Of a stretch of DNA of 64,000 nucleotides, positions 29,061-39,931 are shown one piece after another. Made by a program: the position numbers and the translations under genes. The stretch's first letter is position 1, and the number at the start of each line of letters is the position of its first letter. The stretch spans positions 81,281 to 145,280 of the forward strand of contig JAHJOQ010000073.1 in NCBI GenBank assembly GCA_018820315.1. The letters run 5' to 3'. The notes under the pieces are model-generated. The model did not search any database, was not told where the DNA came from, and was given only the letters and a program-made list of their open reading frames with translations. Source of the DNA: Candidatus Zixiibacteriota bacterium. GTDB taxonomy: Bacteria; Zixibacteria; MSB-5A5; JAABVY01; JAHJOQ01.

Positions 29061-30519
29061 AATCCGACTCAATGATTTGATAAGTGTGCTTCCCGTCAAG
29101 GAAGTCATCGGCTCCGATACTATCGAAATCGGCAAGATCGAATACGATTCTCGGGAGATCGAGCCTGACGATGTCTTTGTCGCTCTTGTCGGCGCGAATG
29201 TCGATGGTCACGATTACATATCTAATGCAGTGGACAAGAAGGCAGCATGTCTTGTGGTGGAGAGGACGCCCGATACGCACGCGTCCGTTTGCGTGACGGT
29301 ACCGGATACTCGTGAGGCACTGGCCCTTCTGTCGGCGAAGTACTACGATTACCCTTCCCGGCAAATGAAGACCCTTGCTGTGACCGGCACAAATGGGAAA
29401 ACGACAGTGACGTATCTGATCAAGTCCATATTCGAGGAGCGCGGTCGCAGAATCGGTTTGATTGGCACTATAGAATATCTCACGGGTGAGCATAGGATAA
29501 GCGCAGTCAACACGACACCGGAGTCTCTGCAGTTGGAGCGCCTCCTGATGATTATGAAGAGTGAGCGCATTCGGACAGTCGTTATGGAAGTGTCGTCCCA
29601 TGCCCTGGTGGCAGGACGCGTCAGGATGATCGATTTCGATGTGGTTGGGATTACAAATCTCACGCAGGATCATCTCGACTTTCACAAGACTATGCAGGAA
29701 TACAGAGACGCGAAAGCCACTCTCTTCGATATGGCTGCCGGTGATGACAAGTGGGCGGTGCTAAACTTGGATGATTCAGAATATGAGTTCTTTCGGGCAA
29801 GAGTGAAGTCACCTTATCTGTCGTACTCCATCTCCGACCGTCAGGCTGATTTGTCTGCAACTGATATTCGCACCAGTCCGACAGGATCGAGTTTTCACCT
29901 GATTACGCCCCTTGGTGAGGAAGATATCGCCTTGAAACTCGCAGGTGAACACAATGTTTCGAACGCGGTCTGCGCGGCGGCGTTCGCGATGGCTGCCGGA
30001 ATGGACATTGGCGCGATTAAACGCGGTTTAGATGAAGCATCGCACGTACCGGGCCGGCTTGAGCCCATTGAAAATGACCGGGGAATTCACATATTCGTCG
30101 ATTACGCTCATACGCCCGATGCACTCGAACACGCTTGTTCTGTCTGCAGAAGTTTAACCGAAAGCAAGCTGGTAGTATTGTTCGGATGTGGCGGAGACCG
30201 AGATAAATCGAAACGAAAGCTGATGGGTGAGGCTGTCTCCCGATACGCTGATCGAATCGTTGTGACCTCGGACAATCCTCGCTCGGAAGATCCACTGGCT
30301 ATTATAGAAGAGATCAAACCAGGTCTCGATTCAGCGGTTCATGCTGACATTGTCCCGGATAGAAAAGAAGCCATCAAGGCAGCTCTAGATAGCTGCTCCG
30401 AGAATGATGTGTTGCTTGTTGCCGGCAAAGGTCACGAAGACTATCAGATAATCGGCAAAACGAAAACTCACTTTGATGACCGCGAAATTGTTCGCGAGTT
30501 GTTAAGAAAGAATGCATGA
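29032..30519 (+). CDS. murE: UDP-MurNAc-L-Ala-D-Glu:meso-DAP ligase
   Basis: Mur ligase P-loop (VTGTNGKTT) and a DNPR motif (DNPRSEDP), 495 aa. Confidence 0.9.
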   Translation: MCADQIVEAEIRLNDLISVLPVKEVIGSDTIEIGKIEYDSREIEPDDVFVALVGANVDGHDYISNAVDKKAACLVVERTPDTHASVCVTVPDTREALALLSAKYYDYPSRQMKTLAVTGTNGKTTVTYLIKSIFEERGRRIGLIGTIEYLTGEHRISAVNTTPESLQLERLLMIMKSERIRTVVMEVSSHALVAGRVRMIDFDVVGITNLTQDHLDFHKTMQEYRDAKATLFDMAAGDDKWAVLNLDDSEYEFFRARVKSPYLSYSISDRQADLSATDIRTSPTGSSFHLITPLGEEDIALKLAGEHNVSNAVCAAAFAMAAGMDIGAIKRGLDEASHVPGRLEPIENDRGIHIFVDYAHTPDALEHACSVCRSLTESKLVVLFGCGGDRDKSKRKLMGEAVSRYADRIVVTSDNPRSEDPLAIIEEIKPGLDSAVHADIVPDRKEAIKAALDSCSENDVLLVAGKGHEDYQIIGKTKTHFDDREIVRELLRKNA

Positions 30520-31910
30520 TACGCGCTGAATTTGATACCATCGCTCGAATCATTAGCGCTGTTAGATCTGAAGGCAGGCTCTCCGGAGTCTCTTTCACGG
30601 GTGTATCGATCGACAGTCGGACAATCCGGGAGGGAAATCTCTTCGTGGCGGTCGCAGGCAAATCTGAGGATGGTCACAGGTTCATCCCGGATGCAATCAA
30701 GCGCGGCGCGGCAGGGATCATCGCCAAGGCAGACTATGAGTATGATCCGGGCGAAAAGGGTGTAGTATTTTTCGCGGTTGAGGATACTCTCGAAGCCTTG
30801 CTGAAACTGGCCGCGTGGTGGCTTTCCAGATTCGAACTGAAGAAGATCGCTGTTACGGGCACGAACGGCAAGACCACGACAAAGGAAATGATTGCCGCAA
30901 TCCTCTCGCGACTGCACTCGGTGTATCGATCACCCGGCAACTTCAACAATCTGTTCGGAATACCGCTTTCTATTTTCGAGATGGAAGGAAGTTATGACTT
31001 CGCTGTATTCGAGTTCGGCATGAGCACCACTGGCGAGATTGCACGGTTGACCCGAATCGTGCAGCCGCAATACGGCCTCATCACCAACATCGACGCAGCC
31101 CATCTGGAGACAATGTTGAGTGTCGACGCCATCGCAGCAGCGAAATTCGAACTTTTCGACAACATGCCTTCCGATGGCACAGTCTTCATCAATCTTGACA
31201 ATGATTATCTCCGGCGGCGATTCGATACAGAGAGACACGAAAAGTATGGATTCGGGGTTCATAGCAGAACGGGTTTCTCACCTGATAGATTTGAAATCAA
31301 TGGTTCAGGCTGCGCGAGATTCGAGCTTGAAAGCATCGGTGAGGTGCATTTGGCTATGCCGGGATTGCACAGCCTTTACAACGCGATCGGCGCTGCAGCG
31401 GTCGCGCATTATCTGAAGATTCCCGGGCGTGAGATCAAGGCGGCGCTCGAATCGTTCAGATCGGTAGAGATGAGAATGGAGACGTTCACGGTCGCCGGTG
31501 TATTGATCATCAATGATTCGTATAATGCCAATCCGAATTCCATGAAATATGCGCTCGATACGCTCGAATCCATCAACGCGAGGGGGCGGAAATTCGCAGT
31601 GCTCGGCGATATGTTCGAGCTCGGCGTGACCGAATCCGAGCTGCATCGTCAAGTGGGAGCTCACGCCGCGAAATCAGGTCCCGACTTCCTCATTACGTGC
31701 GGCGATCGTGCCAGAGATATCTCTGCGGCCGCAGTCGAGATGGGATATCCCTCGGACGCTACAAAGCACTTCGCGAACGTGAATGACGTTACCGAACATC
31801 TTCTTGCAAGATTGCACTCGGGCGATGCCGTGCTCATTAAAGCATCACGCGGAATGGCTTTCGATCGCATCACTACGGGATTGCAGTCGCAACTCGGGAG
31901 GAGCAACTGA
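30516..31910 (+). CDS. murF: UDP-MurNAc-tripeptide:D-Ala-D-Ala ligase
   Basis: VTGTNGKTTTKEM P-loop; Mur ligase family; position after murE. Confidence 0.88.
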   Translation: MIRAEFDTIARIISAVRSEGRLSGVSFTGVSIDSRTIREGNLFVAVAGKSEDGHRFIPDAIKRGAAGIIAKADYEYDPGEKGVVFFAVEDTLEALLKLAAWWLSRFELKKIAVTGTNGKTTTKEMIAAILSRLHSVYRSPGNFNNLFGIPLSIFEMEGSYDFAVFEFGMSTTGEIARLTRIVQPQYGLITNIDAAHLETMLSVDAIAAAKFELFDNMPSDGTVFINLDNDYLRRRFDTERHEKYGFGVHSRTGFSPDRFEINGSGCARFELESIGEVHLAMPGLHSLYNAIGAAAVAHYLKIPGREIKAALESFRSVEMRMETFTVAGVLIINDSYNANPNSMKYALDTLESINARGRKFAVLGDMFELGVTESELHRQVGAHAAKSGPDFLITCGDRARDISAAAVEMGYPSDATKHFANVNDVTEHLLARLHSGDAVLIKASRGMAFDRITTGLQSQLGRSN

Positions 31911-33001
31911 TGTTCTACCATCTCCTGTATCCATTGACCGACTCCGTATCGTTCTTCAATCTCTTCAAGTACATCACATTCAGGAGTGCCGGTGCCATTT
32001 TGACTGCGCTCATTGTGAGTTTGATTTTCGGGCCGCTCTTCATACGCGTGCTGAAAGGCAGGGGGGTGAAGGAGACGATTCGGCAGGAGGGACCGAAATC
32101 GCACTATGCCAAGGAAGGCACACCTACAATGGGAGGGATCATCATCCTTGCTGCGATCATAATTCCGACATTGCTCTGGGCCGACCTGACGAACCGGTTT
32201 ATACAGTTGATTCTCTTCGTGACCGTGTGGATGGGAGCAATCGGATTCATGGATGATTATATGAAGGCGATACTCCGGCATCCGAAGGGCATGGTTGGCA
32301 AATACAAATTGGCTGGCCAGGTGATCTGCGGCTTGATTCTCGGTCTTGTGCTGTACTATTATGCTCCGTTTCCGACATTCGGAACCACCACGGAGATACC
32401 TTTCGTCAAAGACTACATTCTCAATTTCAGTTCGGTGATCGTCTTTGTGCCGTTCGTTGTCCTCGTAATAACGGGATCATCGAACGCGGTCAATCTTTCG
32501 GACGGGCTCGACGGGTTGGCAACGGGTCTCTGTGGGATCGCGTTTGTTGCATTTGCAGGTTTTGCCTATGTGAGTGGGCGTAACGATTTCTCGCAGTACC
32601 TGCAGATCATGTATCTCGAAGGCGCAGGCGAATTGACGATATACTGCGCTGCAACGATGGGCGCAGCGCTCGGCTTTCTCTGGTACAACTCGCATCCGGC
32701 GGAAATATTCATGGGTGACACGGGCGCGCTGGCACTCGGAGGAGCGATGGGCGCGATCGCGATAATGCTCAAAAAAGAACTCTTGCTTCTCATTGTCGGA
32801 GGCGTCTTCGTCGCCGAAGCGCTTTCTGTGATATTGCAGGTGTCATCGTTTAAGCTGCGCGGCGTAAGAATATTCAAGATGGCGCCATTGCACCATCATT
32901 TTGAACAATTGGGATGGCCGGAAACCAAGGTGGTTACGCGCTTCTGGATAATTGGTGTGATTTGCGCTTTGCTGACGTTGGCGACGCTCAAAGTGAGATA
33001 G
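31910..33001 (+). CDS. mraY: Phospho-N-acetylmuramoyl-pentapeptide transferase
   Basis: MraY motifs (GTPTMGG; NAVNLSDGLDGLA; HHHFE), 363 aa. Confidence 0.93.
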   Translation: MFYHLLYPLTDSVSFFNLFKYITFRSAGAILTALIVSLIFGPLFIRVLKGRGVKETIRQEGPKSHYAKEGTPTMGGIIILAAIIIPTLLWADLTNRFIQLILFVTVWMGAIGFMDDYMKAILRHPKGMVGKYKLAGQVICGLILGLVLYYYAPFPTFGTTTEIPFVKDYILNFSSVIVFVPFVVLVITGSSNAVNLSDGLDGLATGLCGIAFVAFAGFAYVSGRNDFSQYLQIMYLEGAGELTIYCAATMGAALGFLWYNSHPAEIFMGDTGALALGGAMGAIAIMLKKELLLLIVGGVFVAEALSVILQVSSFKLRGVRIFKMAPLHHHFEQLGWPETKVVTRFWIIGVICALLTLATLKVR

Positions 33002-33009
33002 AGTCTGAT

Positions 33010-34380
33010 ATGAGAGTGGACAGAGCTGAAAACAAGAAGGTCGGTGTGGTCGGTGCCGCAAGATCCGGCATTGCGGCTGCTCTGCTGCTCAATCGGCACG
33101 GTGCGGATGTATTCGTGTCTGATTCGCGTAATGCTGATCTGCTTGCCGATGCGATTGACAGCCTCAGACCGAGGGGTATCGAATACGAAACGGGAGGCAA
33201 TACAGCTAAGGTCTTCCGGGAAAAAGATTATGTGGTGCTCAGCCCCGGCGTACCACCCGACGCTCCGATTGTTAAGCAGATCGAGGCGGCAGGGGTCCCG
33301 ACCATTTCCGAGATTGAACTCGGCTACTGGCTCTGCGACGGTCATATCGCTGCGGTGACAGGCTCTAATGGCAAGACTACCACGACTTCGCTTACTGGTG
33401 ATATCTTCAAGCGTTCCGGGAAGCCGACTTTCGTGGCAGGCAACATCGGAGCTCCATTTTGTGATATTTGCGATGAAGTTCCACAAGATGGCTGGGTGGT
33501 ACTGGAAATATCATCCTTTCAACTGGAGAAGTGCTACGAATTCAAACCGGAAATCGCTGCAGTGCTGAATTTGACTCCGGATCATCTCGATCGGTATGGA
33601 GAGTTCTCGACCTATGCTGAGATGAAGATGAGAATCGGGGAAAATCAAAGCGATGATGACGCGTTCATTGCTAATTTCGACGATGCCTATCTTGTAGGGC
33701 TTGCTGCCAGACTCGCTGCTGAGAAATACTACTTCAGCCTTTCAGAGAAAGTGAATCCCGGAGTTTATATTCAGGATGAAGCGTTGCTTTTCAATGCAAA
33801 CGGAAGAGTTCGTTCGATCATGCCCATCTCAGAAATTTCACTTCCGGGACCGCATAATCTGGCAAACTGCGCAGCCTCAGCGCTCATCGCGCTCCTGGCT
33901 GATATTCCTGATAGCGCGATTCGGGAGTCTCTTTCTTCATTCCCCGGAGTGGAGCATCGACTGGAGAAGTGCGGCGAAGTAGATGGCGTTGCGTTCGTGA
34001 ATGACTCCAAGGCCACGAATGTCGATTCGGTATGGTACGCGCTCCAGAGCATTTCCGGCAGGCTTGTTGTGATTATGGGTGGACGAGACAAGGCTGGAGA
34101 TTTCTCGAGATTGCGCGAGCTGGTAGCTGATCGCGTCGACACTGTCGTTCTGATTGGCGAGGCTACGGAAAAGATGGAATCAGCCTTTGGCGACGTCACA
34201 TCAATCCGCAGAGCTGAAAGTATGGATGACGCTGTTCGGATGGCATTCAATGCAGCCAAACCTGATGGGACAGTGCTTCTGTCTCCGGCATGTGCATCAT
34301 TCGATATGTTCACGGATTATGAGCATCGCGGAAAAGCGTTTAAAGATGCTGTAGCTGAACTTCGAAGGGAATCGAAATGA
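33010..34380 (+). CDS. murD: UDP-MurNAc-L-Ala:D-Glu ligase
   Basis: VGVVGAARSG Rossmann-like N-terminus and VTGSNGKTTTT P-loop. The internal ATG at ~33010 is preferred over the long track ORF starting at 32914. Confidence 0.88.
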   Translation: MRVDRAENKKVGVVGAARSGIAAALLLNRHGADVFVSDSRNADLLADAIDSLRPRGIEYETGGNTAKVFREKDYVVLSPGVPPDAPIVKQIEAAGVPTISEIELGYWLCDGHIAAVTGSNGKTTTTSLTGDIFKRSGKPTFVAGNIGAPFCDICDEVPQDGWVVLEISSFQLEKCYEFKPEIAAVLNLTPDHLDRYGEFSTYAEMKMRIGENQSDDDAFIANFDDAYLVGLAARLAAEKYYFSLSEKVNPGVYIQDEALLFNANGRVRSIMPISEISLPGPHNLANCAASALIALLADIPDSAIRESLSSFPGVEHRLEKCGEVDGVAFVNDSKATNVDSVWYALQSISGRLVVIMGGRDKAGDFSRLRELVADRVDTVVLIGEATEKMESAFGDVTSIRRAESMDDAVRMAFNAAKPDGTVLLSPACASFDMFTDYEHRGKAFKDAVAELRRESK

Positions 34381-35498
34381 AGAGAACATCTCGACATGGC
34401 GTCGACTTGATGCTCTATACGGCGGTACTGCTTCTGATGACGATCGGTGTGGTCGAGGTCTATTCTTCATCGGTGTTCCTTGCCGATAGCAAGTTCTCCG
34501 GACAACATGCTCACTTCTTCGGGAGACAACTTCTCTTCTTCGGAGTGGCTCTCTTCTCGATGCTTGTGTTCGCCGCTGTGGATTATCGATGGATTAGGAA
34601 GATCATCTGGCTGGCTGCGCCGGCATCGATTGCGCTCCTCGTTATAGCTTTGTTTATGCCGAAGATCAATGGCGCATCAAGATGGATCAGTCTGGGATTC
34701 GCAAGCATTCAGCCATCCGAGCTGTTTAAGTATGTTATGGTATTCTTGTTGGCAGACTTCCTTGCCAATGACAGTGAGAGGACGAGCAGCCCGCATTACT
34801 CTGTATTGATAATGGTAATCATAGGCCTCGGCATGGGGTTGATTCTCATCGAGCCGGATCTGGGTACGCTGATAGTATTGTCCATCGTAGCGATTGGCCT
34901 GCTCTTCGTCGGCGGTGTAGGTCTCGGTAAAGTGGTCCTTGGGGGGAGTATTCTCTCGATGGCTGGATATGTCGCTGTCTTTGTTTTCGGTTACAAGCGC
35001 GGAAGGCTGGTGGAGTATCTCAATGCGCTTGAGGATCCGTTGCAGGGAGCGTATCAGGTAAAGCAATCGATTTTGTATATCGGCTCCGGCGGATTTCTAG
35101 GGAAGGGCATCGGGCGAGGCGCCGCGAAACTATTCTTCCTTCCCGAAGTGCATACAGATTTCATATTTGCGAATTTCGCCGAGGAAGGCGGGTTTATCTG
35201 GGTGTTTATAATGCTTGCGCTCTTCTTCATCATCTTCTGGAGAGGGATGAGAATCGCGGTAGCGTCGCAGGATCGTTTTGGTTTCTTCCTTGCATTTGGG
35301 ATAACGATGGTCCTGACGGCCAGCGCCTTGATCAATATCGCTGTAACAGTAAACCTGATTCCGACCACAGGGATGCCGCTGCCGTTTGTCAGCTACGGCG
35401 GAACGTCTCTTCTGATCTCCGCATCCGCAGTCGGAATCTTATTGAATATATCTCGAAGGCAGAAGAAGAAAGTGTCTCTGTTTGAAAAGCATGGATGA
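34377..35498 (+). CDS. ftsW: SEDS-family peptidoglycan glycosyltransferase FtsW
   Basis: 10-TM SEDS protein with conserved motifs (PSEL.K; DFIFA; GMPLPFVSYGGTS). Confidence 0.9.
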   Translation: MKRTSRHGVDLMLYTAVLLLMTIGVVEVYSSSVFLADSKFSGQHAHFFGRQLLFFGVALFSMLVFAAVDYRWIRKIIWLAAPASIALLVIALFMPKINGASRWISLGFASIQPSELFKYVMVFLLADFLANDSERTSSPHYSVLIMVIIGLGMGLILIEPDLGTLIVLSIVAIGLLFVGGVGLGKVVLGGSILSMAGYVAVFVFGYKRGRLVEYLNALEDPLQGAYQVKQSILYIGSGGFLGKGIGRGAAKLFFLPEVHTDFIFANFAEEGGFIWVFIMLALFFIIFWRGMRIAVASQDRFGFFLAFGITMVLTASALINIAVTVNLIPTTGMPLPFVSYGGTSLLISASAVGILLNISRRQKKKVSLFEKHG

Positions 35499-36594
35499 GA
35501 TAACAATTGCAATAGCCGGTGGCAGGACCGGGGGGCATCTGTTCCCGGCACTCGCTGTGGCCGAAAGTCTGAAGACAATGAGCAAGGATGTCAACTTGTT
35601 TTGGATAGGTACTAAGGATGGGATGGAGGCCAGGGTCGTACCCGAAGCCGACTACCCGTTCTTTTCGATATCCGCCATTCCATTGCGGAGAAACATGAGC
35701 ATCAAGAATCTCGCGATCCCATTTGTTCTTGCTCGCGGAACTTTGCAATCACTGAGGCTGCTGAGAAAGACACATGCAAGGGCTGTCTTTGCGACGGGTA
35801 GTTTTGTCTGCGTGCCTGTCTTGCTCGCTGCTCGCCTAGCTCGAATAAAAATACTGCTGCAGGAGCAGAATTCCTATCCCGGTCTAACCACGAGGTTGTT
35901 TGCAAGGCACGCTGTCGCCGTGTTCGTTGCTTACCGTTCAGTGAAGGACTTCATGCATCCGGATACGAATGTTGTCGAAACAGGAAATCCGCTCCGACCC
36001 GGGTTCGAAATCGGCAGTCGGGATAAAGGCGTGGAACTGTTCCAACTCAATCCATCGATGAGAACATTGTTGATATTCGGAGGCAGTCAGGGAGCTGAAG
36101 CGATAAACCTGCTTGTGATGGACAATCTTGAGAGACTTGCTGAGCAGGAGGATCTTCAGCTTATCTGGCAGACCGGGCGGGGGATGTTCCAGGAGTGTCA
36201 AGATCGATTCGACGAATCACGAGCGCGAGGGGTGGTGTTGCCATTCATCGACAGAATGGACTTGGCATACGCCTGCGCTGACCTGGTGATCTGCCGCTCA
36301 GGTGCAATGACTCTGGCGGAGCTGGCGTCGGCTGGTAAACCGGCAATTCTCGTTCCTTATCCCTACGCTGCCGAGAGTCATCAGGAATACAACGCGAACC
36401 TCGTCTCTGAAAATGGCGCAGCGATTGTGATGAAGCAGAAAGATATTGCGGAAGACGATCTCGTAGGGAAAGCTCTCGATCTCATGCGCGATGTCAAAAC
36501 GCTGGAAAGAATGTCCGAGTCTTCCCGGAAGCTCCACACTCCGAATGCTTCTGATGCAATTGCGAGAGCAATACTGTTGGAGGTTACAGGATGA
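35482..36594 (+). CDS. murG: UDP-GlcNAc:lipid I N-acetylglucosaminyltransferase
   Basis: The GGRTGGHLFPALAV N-terminal motif is the GT28 signature. Confidence 0.9.
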   Translation: MKSMDEITIAIAGGRTGGHLFPALAVAESLKTMSKDVNLFWIGTKDGMEARVVPEADYPFFSISAIPLRRNMSIKNLAIPFVLARGTLQSLRLLRKTHARAVFATGSFVCVPVLLAARLARIKILLQEQNSYPGLTTRLFARHAVAVFVAYRSVKDFMHPDTNVVETGNPLRPGFEIGSRDKGVELFQLNPSMRTLLIFGGSQGAEAINLLVMDNLERLAEQEDLQLIWQTGRGMFQECQDRFDESRARGVVLPFIDRMDLAYACADLVICRSGAMTLAELASAGKPAILVPYPYAAESHQEYNANLVSENGAAIVMKQKDIAEDDLVGKALDLMRDVKTLERMSESSRKLHTPNASDAIARAILLEVTG

Positions 36595-37964
36595 AGTTCG
36601 GAAAGATTAAGAAACTCCACTTTGTCGGTATCGGCGGAATCGGAATGTCGGGTATTGCAGAGATGCTTCACAACGAGGGCTTTGCAATAACCGGAAGTGA
36701 TCTTGTAGCGACTGAGGTTACGGATCATCTCGTCGATTTAGGCATCACAATATCATTTGAGCACGACTCGAAGAATGTTGGCGATGCTCATGCCGTGGTG
36801 ATTTCATCGGCTGTGCACAGCGATAATCCTGAAGTAATCTCTGCTGTGAAATCGAGAATACCTGTGATTCGACGGGCAGAAATGCTCGGTGAGTTGATGC
36901 GTACCAAATTTGGTATCGGTATCGCCGGAACTCACGGCAAAACCACAACAACATCAATGACCGGTTATGTGCTGACCGAAGGAGGATTCGATCCTACTGT
37001 CATCGTAGGAGGTCGGGTGCAGCAGTACGGCACAAATGTCAAATTCGGCACCGGCGACTGCATGGTGGCCGAAGCGGATGAATACGACAGATCTTTCCTG
37101 AACCTGACTCACTCGATGGCGGTCATAACAAGTCTCGAAGCCGATCATCTCGATTACTACGGATCGTTCGAGAATATCAGAGAAGCGTTCATTCAGTTCG
37201 CCAATAAGGTGCCGTTCTACGGGAATATATTCTTGAACATGGATGATGAAAATGTCATATCGCTCATCCCGGAATTGAAGCGCCCGATTGTCACATTCGG
37301 ATTGACGACTCAGGCGGATGTGAGGGCGTCGAATCCAACGTACGATAAGCACTCATCAACGTTTAAAGTGCATCACAATGGCAACAAAGTTGGCGAGTTT
37401 ACGATCAATCTGCCGGGGCTGTTCAATGTTAGGAATGCTCTGGCGGCGATTGCTGTCGGCCTCGAGTTCGAGATGCCGCTCGATAAGATCAGAAGTGCGC
37501 TCGAAAGCTTCCAGGGAGTTATCAGGAGGTTTGAGATCAAAGGTGAGGAGGGTGGTGTGATGGTCGTTGATGACTATGCGCATCATCCGACAGAAGTTGA
37601 GGTAACTCTCCGTGCCGCCAAAGTCGGTTACCATCGTCCGATCGTGGCGATATTCCAGCCGCATCTCTATTCTCGGACCAATGATTTCTATCGTGAATTC
37701 GCAAAGGCTCTTCTGTTGTCGGATATGTTGATCGTGACGGGAATCTATGCTGCGCGGGAGAAACCGATGCCGGGCATCTCGGGCGAGATGATCGTCACCG
37801 CCGCCGCCGGGTACGGTCACAGAAACTGCCACTACGTCGAAGACATGCACAGCATTCCGCAGTTCGTCAGGGAAAATCGCATCGATGACTCGATAGTAAT
37901 GACGATAGGTGCAGGAGATATATATCACATCGGTGATGATATTTTGAAGGAGTTGAAGCGTTGA
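36591..37964 (+). CDS. murC: UDP-N-acetylmuramate:L-alanine ligase
   Basis: HFVGIGGIGMSGIAE N-terminus and GTHGKTTTTSM P-loop. Confidence 0.92.
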   Translation: MKFGKIKKLHFVGIGGIGMSGIAEMLHNEGFAITGSDLVATEVTDHLVDLGITISFEHDSKNVGDAHAVVISSAVHSDNPEVISAVKSRIPVIRRAEMLGELMRTKFGIGIAGTHGKTTTTSMTGYVLTEGGFDPTVIVGGRVQQYGTNVKFGTGDCMVAEADEYDRSFLNLTHSMAVITSLEADHLDYYGSFENIREAFIQFANKVPFYGNIFLNMDDENVISLIPELKRPIVTFGLTTQADVRASNPTYDKHSSTFKVHHNGNKVGEFTINLPGLFNVRNALAAIAVGLEFEMPLDKIRSALESFQGVIRRFEIKGEEGGVMVVDDYAHHPTEVEVTLRAAKVGYHRPIVAIFQPHLYSRTNDFYREFAKALLLSDMLIVTGIYAAREKPMPGISGEMIVTAAAGYGHRNCHYVEDMHSIPQFVRENRIDDSIVMTIGAGDIYHIGDDILKELKR

Positions 37965-38677
37965 ATACGCGCGTCAGAATTGTGATCGCAATTACGGTGT
38001 CATTGTCAGCAGGGTTTTTCGGTTTCTGCTATTTCTATCCGCTTCTGACCGTGACCGGCCACAGGATGATGGTTTGTGACAAAGATGTAGATATTGACTT
38101 TGCGACTCTGTTGGATACCACTGCTGATGTCAATCTGTTCAGGCAACCACTGCAGGATTACTCGGAGGCTCTACTGTCCAGACTACCGGAGTTATCATCG
38201 GTGACTTGCAGAATTGATCTCGCCGGAAAGGTCGTGTGCAGGGGTGAAAGAAAACTGCCGATTGCGCTGATTTGCCTCCCGGAAACTTATGGGATATCTT
38301 CCCGATGTGAACTGCTGCCATTCAGACAATGCGGCGATGTTGAAGCCTTGCCTCTTGTGACAGGGATCAAGATCGAGAAGGTTGAGAGCTATGCTCCCGT
38401 GCCATCGCCGAAATTGAAAGAGGCATTACGATTCTGCAAACTGCTCCACAACCGGTATCCCGAGCTCTGCAGTGCGATATCCCAGATAGATTTCGAATCC
38501 AGTGATGCTCCGGTTCTCATTTTGAGAAATTCCGAGACCCGCATAATCATTGGATGTGGTGATCTGGATGAGAAGTTATCCTGCTTGAATCTAATTCTCG
38601 ACCGTCTGAAGAATGCACCGGCGGGAGAGTTTGATATGCAGTACGGACGATCAATTGTTGCGAGAGATCTGACTTAG
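37961..38677 (+). CDS. ftsQ: Cell division protein FtsQ/DivIB (POTRA domain)
   Basis: Single N-terminal TM; lies between murC and ftsA; ~238 aa. Confidence 0.65.
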   Translation: MNTRVRIVIAITVSLSAGFFGFCYFYPLLTVTGHRMMVCDKDVDIDFATLLDTTADVNLFRQPLQDYSEALLSRLPELSSVTCRIDLAGKVVCRGERKLPIALICLPETYGISSRCELLPFRQCGDVEALPLVTGIKIEKVESYAPVPSPKLKEALRFCKLLHNRYPELCSAISQIDFESSDAPVLILRNSETRIIIGCGDLDEKLSCLNLILDRLKNAPAGEFDMQYGRSIVARDLT

Positions 38678-38689
38678 CAAAAGGAATAC

Positions 38690-39922
38690 ATGATGCAAGC
38701 GAGAAACACTGTCACCGGACTCGACATTGGATCGCACAAGATCTGCTGCGCGATTGGACAAATAGGACCTGACGGGGAGCTGGCACTATGTGGCGTAAGT
38801 GAACTTCCTTCCGAAGGGATCAAGAACGGCACGATCATTAGCAAGGAACGTGCAAGCAACGTGATTTCAGAGGTTCTTAGACGTGTGGAAGAGAAGGCAG
38901 GTGTGAAGCCGGGGCCGGTGCATGTAAGCATCGCCGGTGAGCACATACGCGGACTCAATAGCCGTGGCGCTGTCTCGATCTCCATGATCGAAGGGGAGAT
39001 TACTCAGGACGAGATCGAGAGAGTTGTGGATCTTGCGAAAGCTGTCAGAATCCCCGAAGATCAGGAACGCCTGCATGTCATTCCTCAGCACTATTCAGTC
39101 GACGAAAGAACAGACATCAGCGATCCTGTCGGGATGTCAGGCGAGCGCCTTGAAGTCGAAGTTCACATCGTCACAGCCTCGATGTCCGCAGCAGGGGACC
39201 TGCTGGATTGTGTGAGAGAAGCGGGTGCGAATGTCGTCGAAATGGTCTTCAGCCCGATTGCGTCCGCGGAAGTACTGCTAACGCCCGCAGAGAGACAGAA
39301 GGGTGCAATTCTTCTGGATATTGGCGCCGGAACTGTAGACGTAGCGCTTCACTTCCGTAACACCGTATGGCACACGGCATCGATTCCTCTCGGTGGCAGA
39401 AACGTGACTTCCGACATCGCCTATGGACTGCGCCTTCCGATGGAGGCTGCCGAAGAATTGAAGATATGTCAGGGATCGGCGGTCATATCTCGTGTCGATC
39501 CAAGCGAAAAGCTCGCTTTGCCGGACCTTGGTGAATTCTACCAGCGGCGCATCTCCCGCACTGTCCTCGCGGCGATCATCGAACCGAGGGTTGAAGAGAT
39601 GTTCGGAATAATCAGGAGGCAACTTGTCAAGATCTCAGTCTACGACAAAATGGAGGGCACAGTTGTGATGACCGGTGGAGGTGCGTGTCTCAATGACATT
39701 GAAGCTCTCGCTGAACGAATTTTCAAGTTTCCTGCTCGACTCGCGACACCGAAGATATTTGATGATGAGATTTATTATAGCAGTCCATACAGCGTTGCAG
39801 TGGCGGTCGGCTTGTTGAAGTACGGTCTCATGCAACGTGTGGAAGAAGAGGCTGATCCCGGATTCTTTGGTAGAATGGGGCGCAGCTTCGAGAAAGCTTT
39901 TAATGCAATATTAAATATATAG
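38690..39922 (+). CDS. ftsA: Cell division protein FtsA (actin-like ATPase)
   Basis: GLDIGSHKICCAIG N-terminus and DIGAGTVDVAL motif. Confidence 0.9.
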   Translation: MMQARNTVTGLDIGSHKICCAIGQIGPDGELALCGVSELPSEGIKNGTIISKERASNVISEVLRRVEEKAGVKPGPVHVSIAGEHIRGLNSRGAVSISMIEGEITQDEIERVVDLAKAVRIPEDQERLHVIPQHYSVDERTDISDPVGMSGERLEVEVHIVTASMSAAGDLLDCVREAGANVVEMVFSPIASAEVLLTPAERQKGAILLDIGAGTVDVALHFRNTVWHTASIPLGGRNVTSDIAYGLRLPMEAAEELKICQGSAVISRVDPSEKLALPDLGEFYQRRISRTVLAAIIEPRVEEMFGIIRRQLVKISVYDKMEGTVVMTGGGACLNDIEALAERIFKFPARLATPKIFDDEIYYSSPYSVAVAVGLLKYGLMQRVEEEADPGFFGRMGRSFEKAFNAILNI

Positions 39923-39931
39923 GAGGGATGT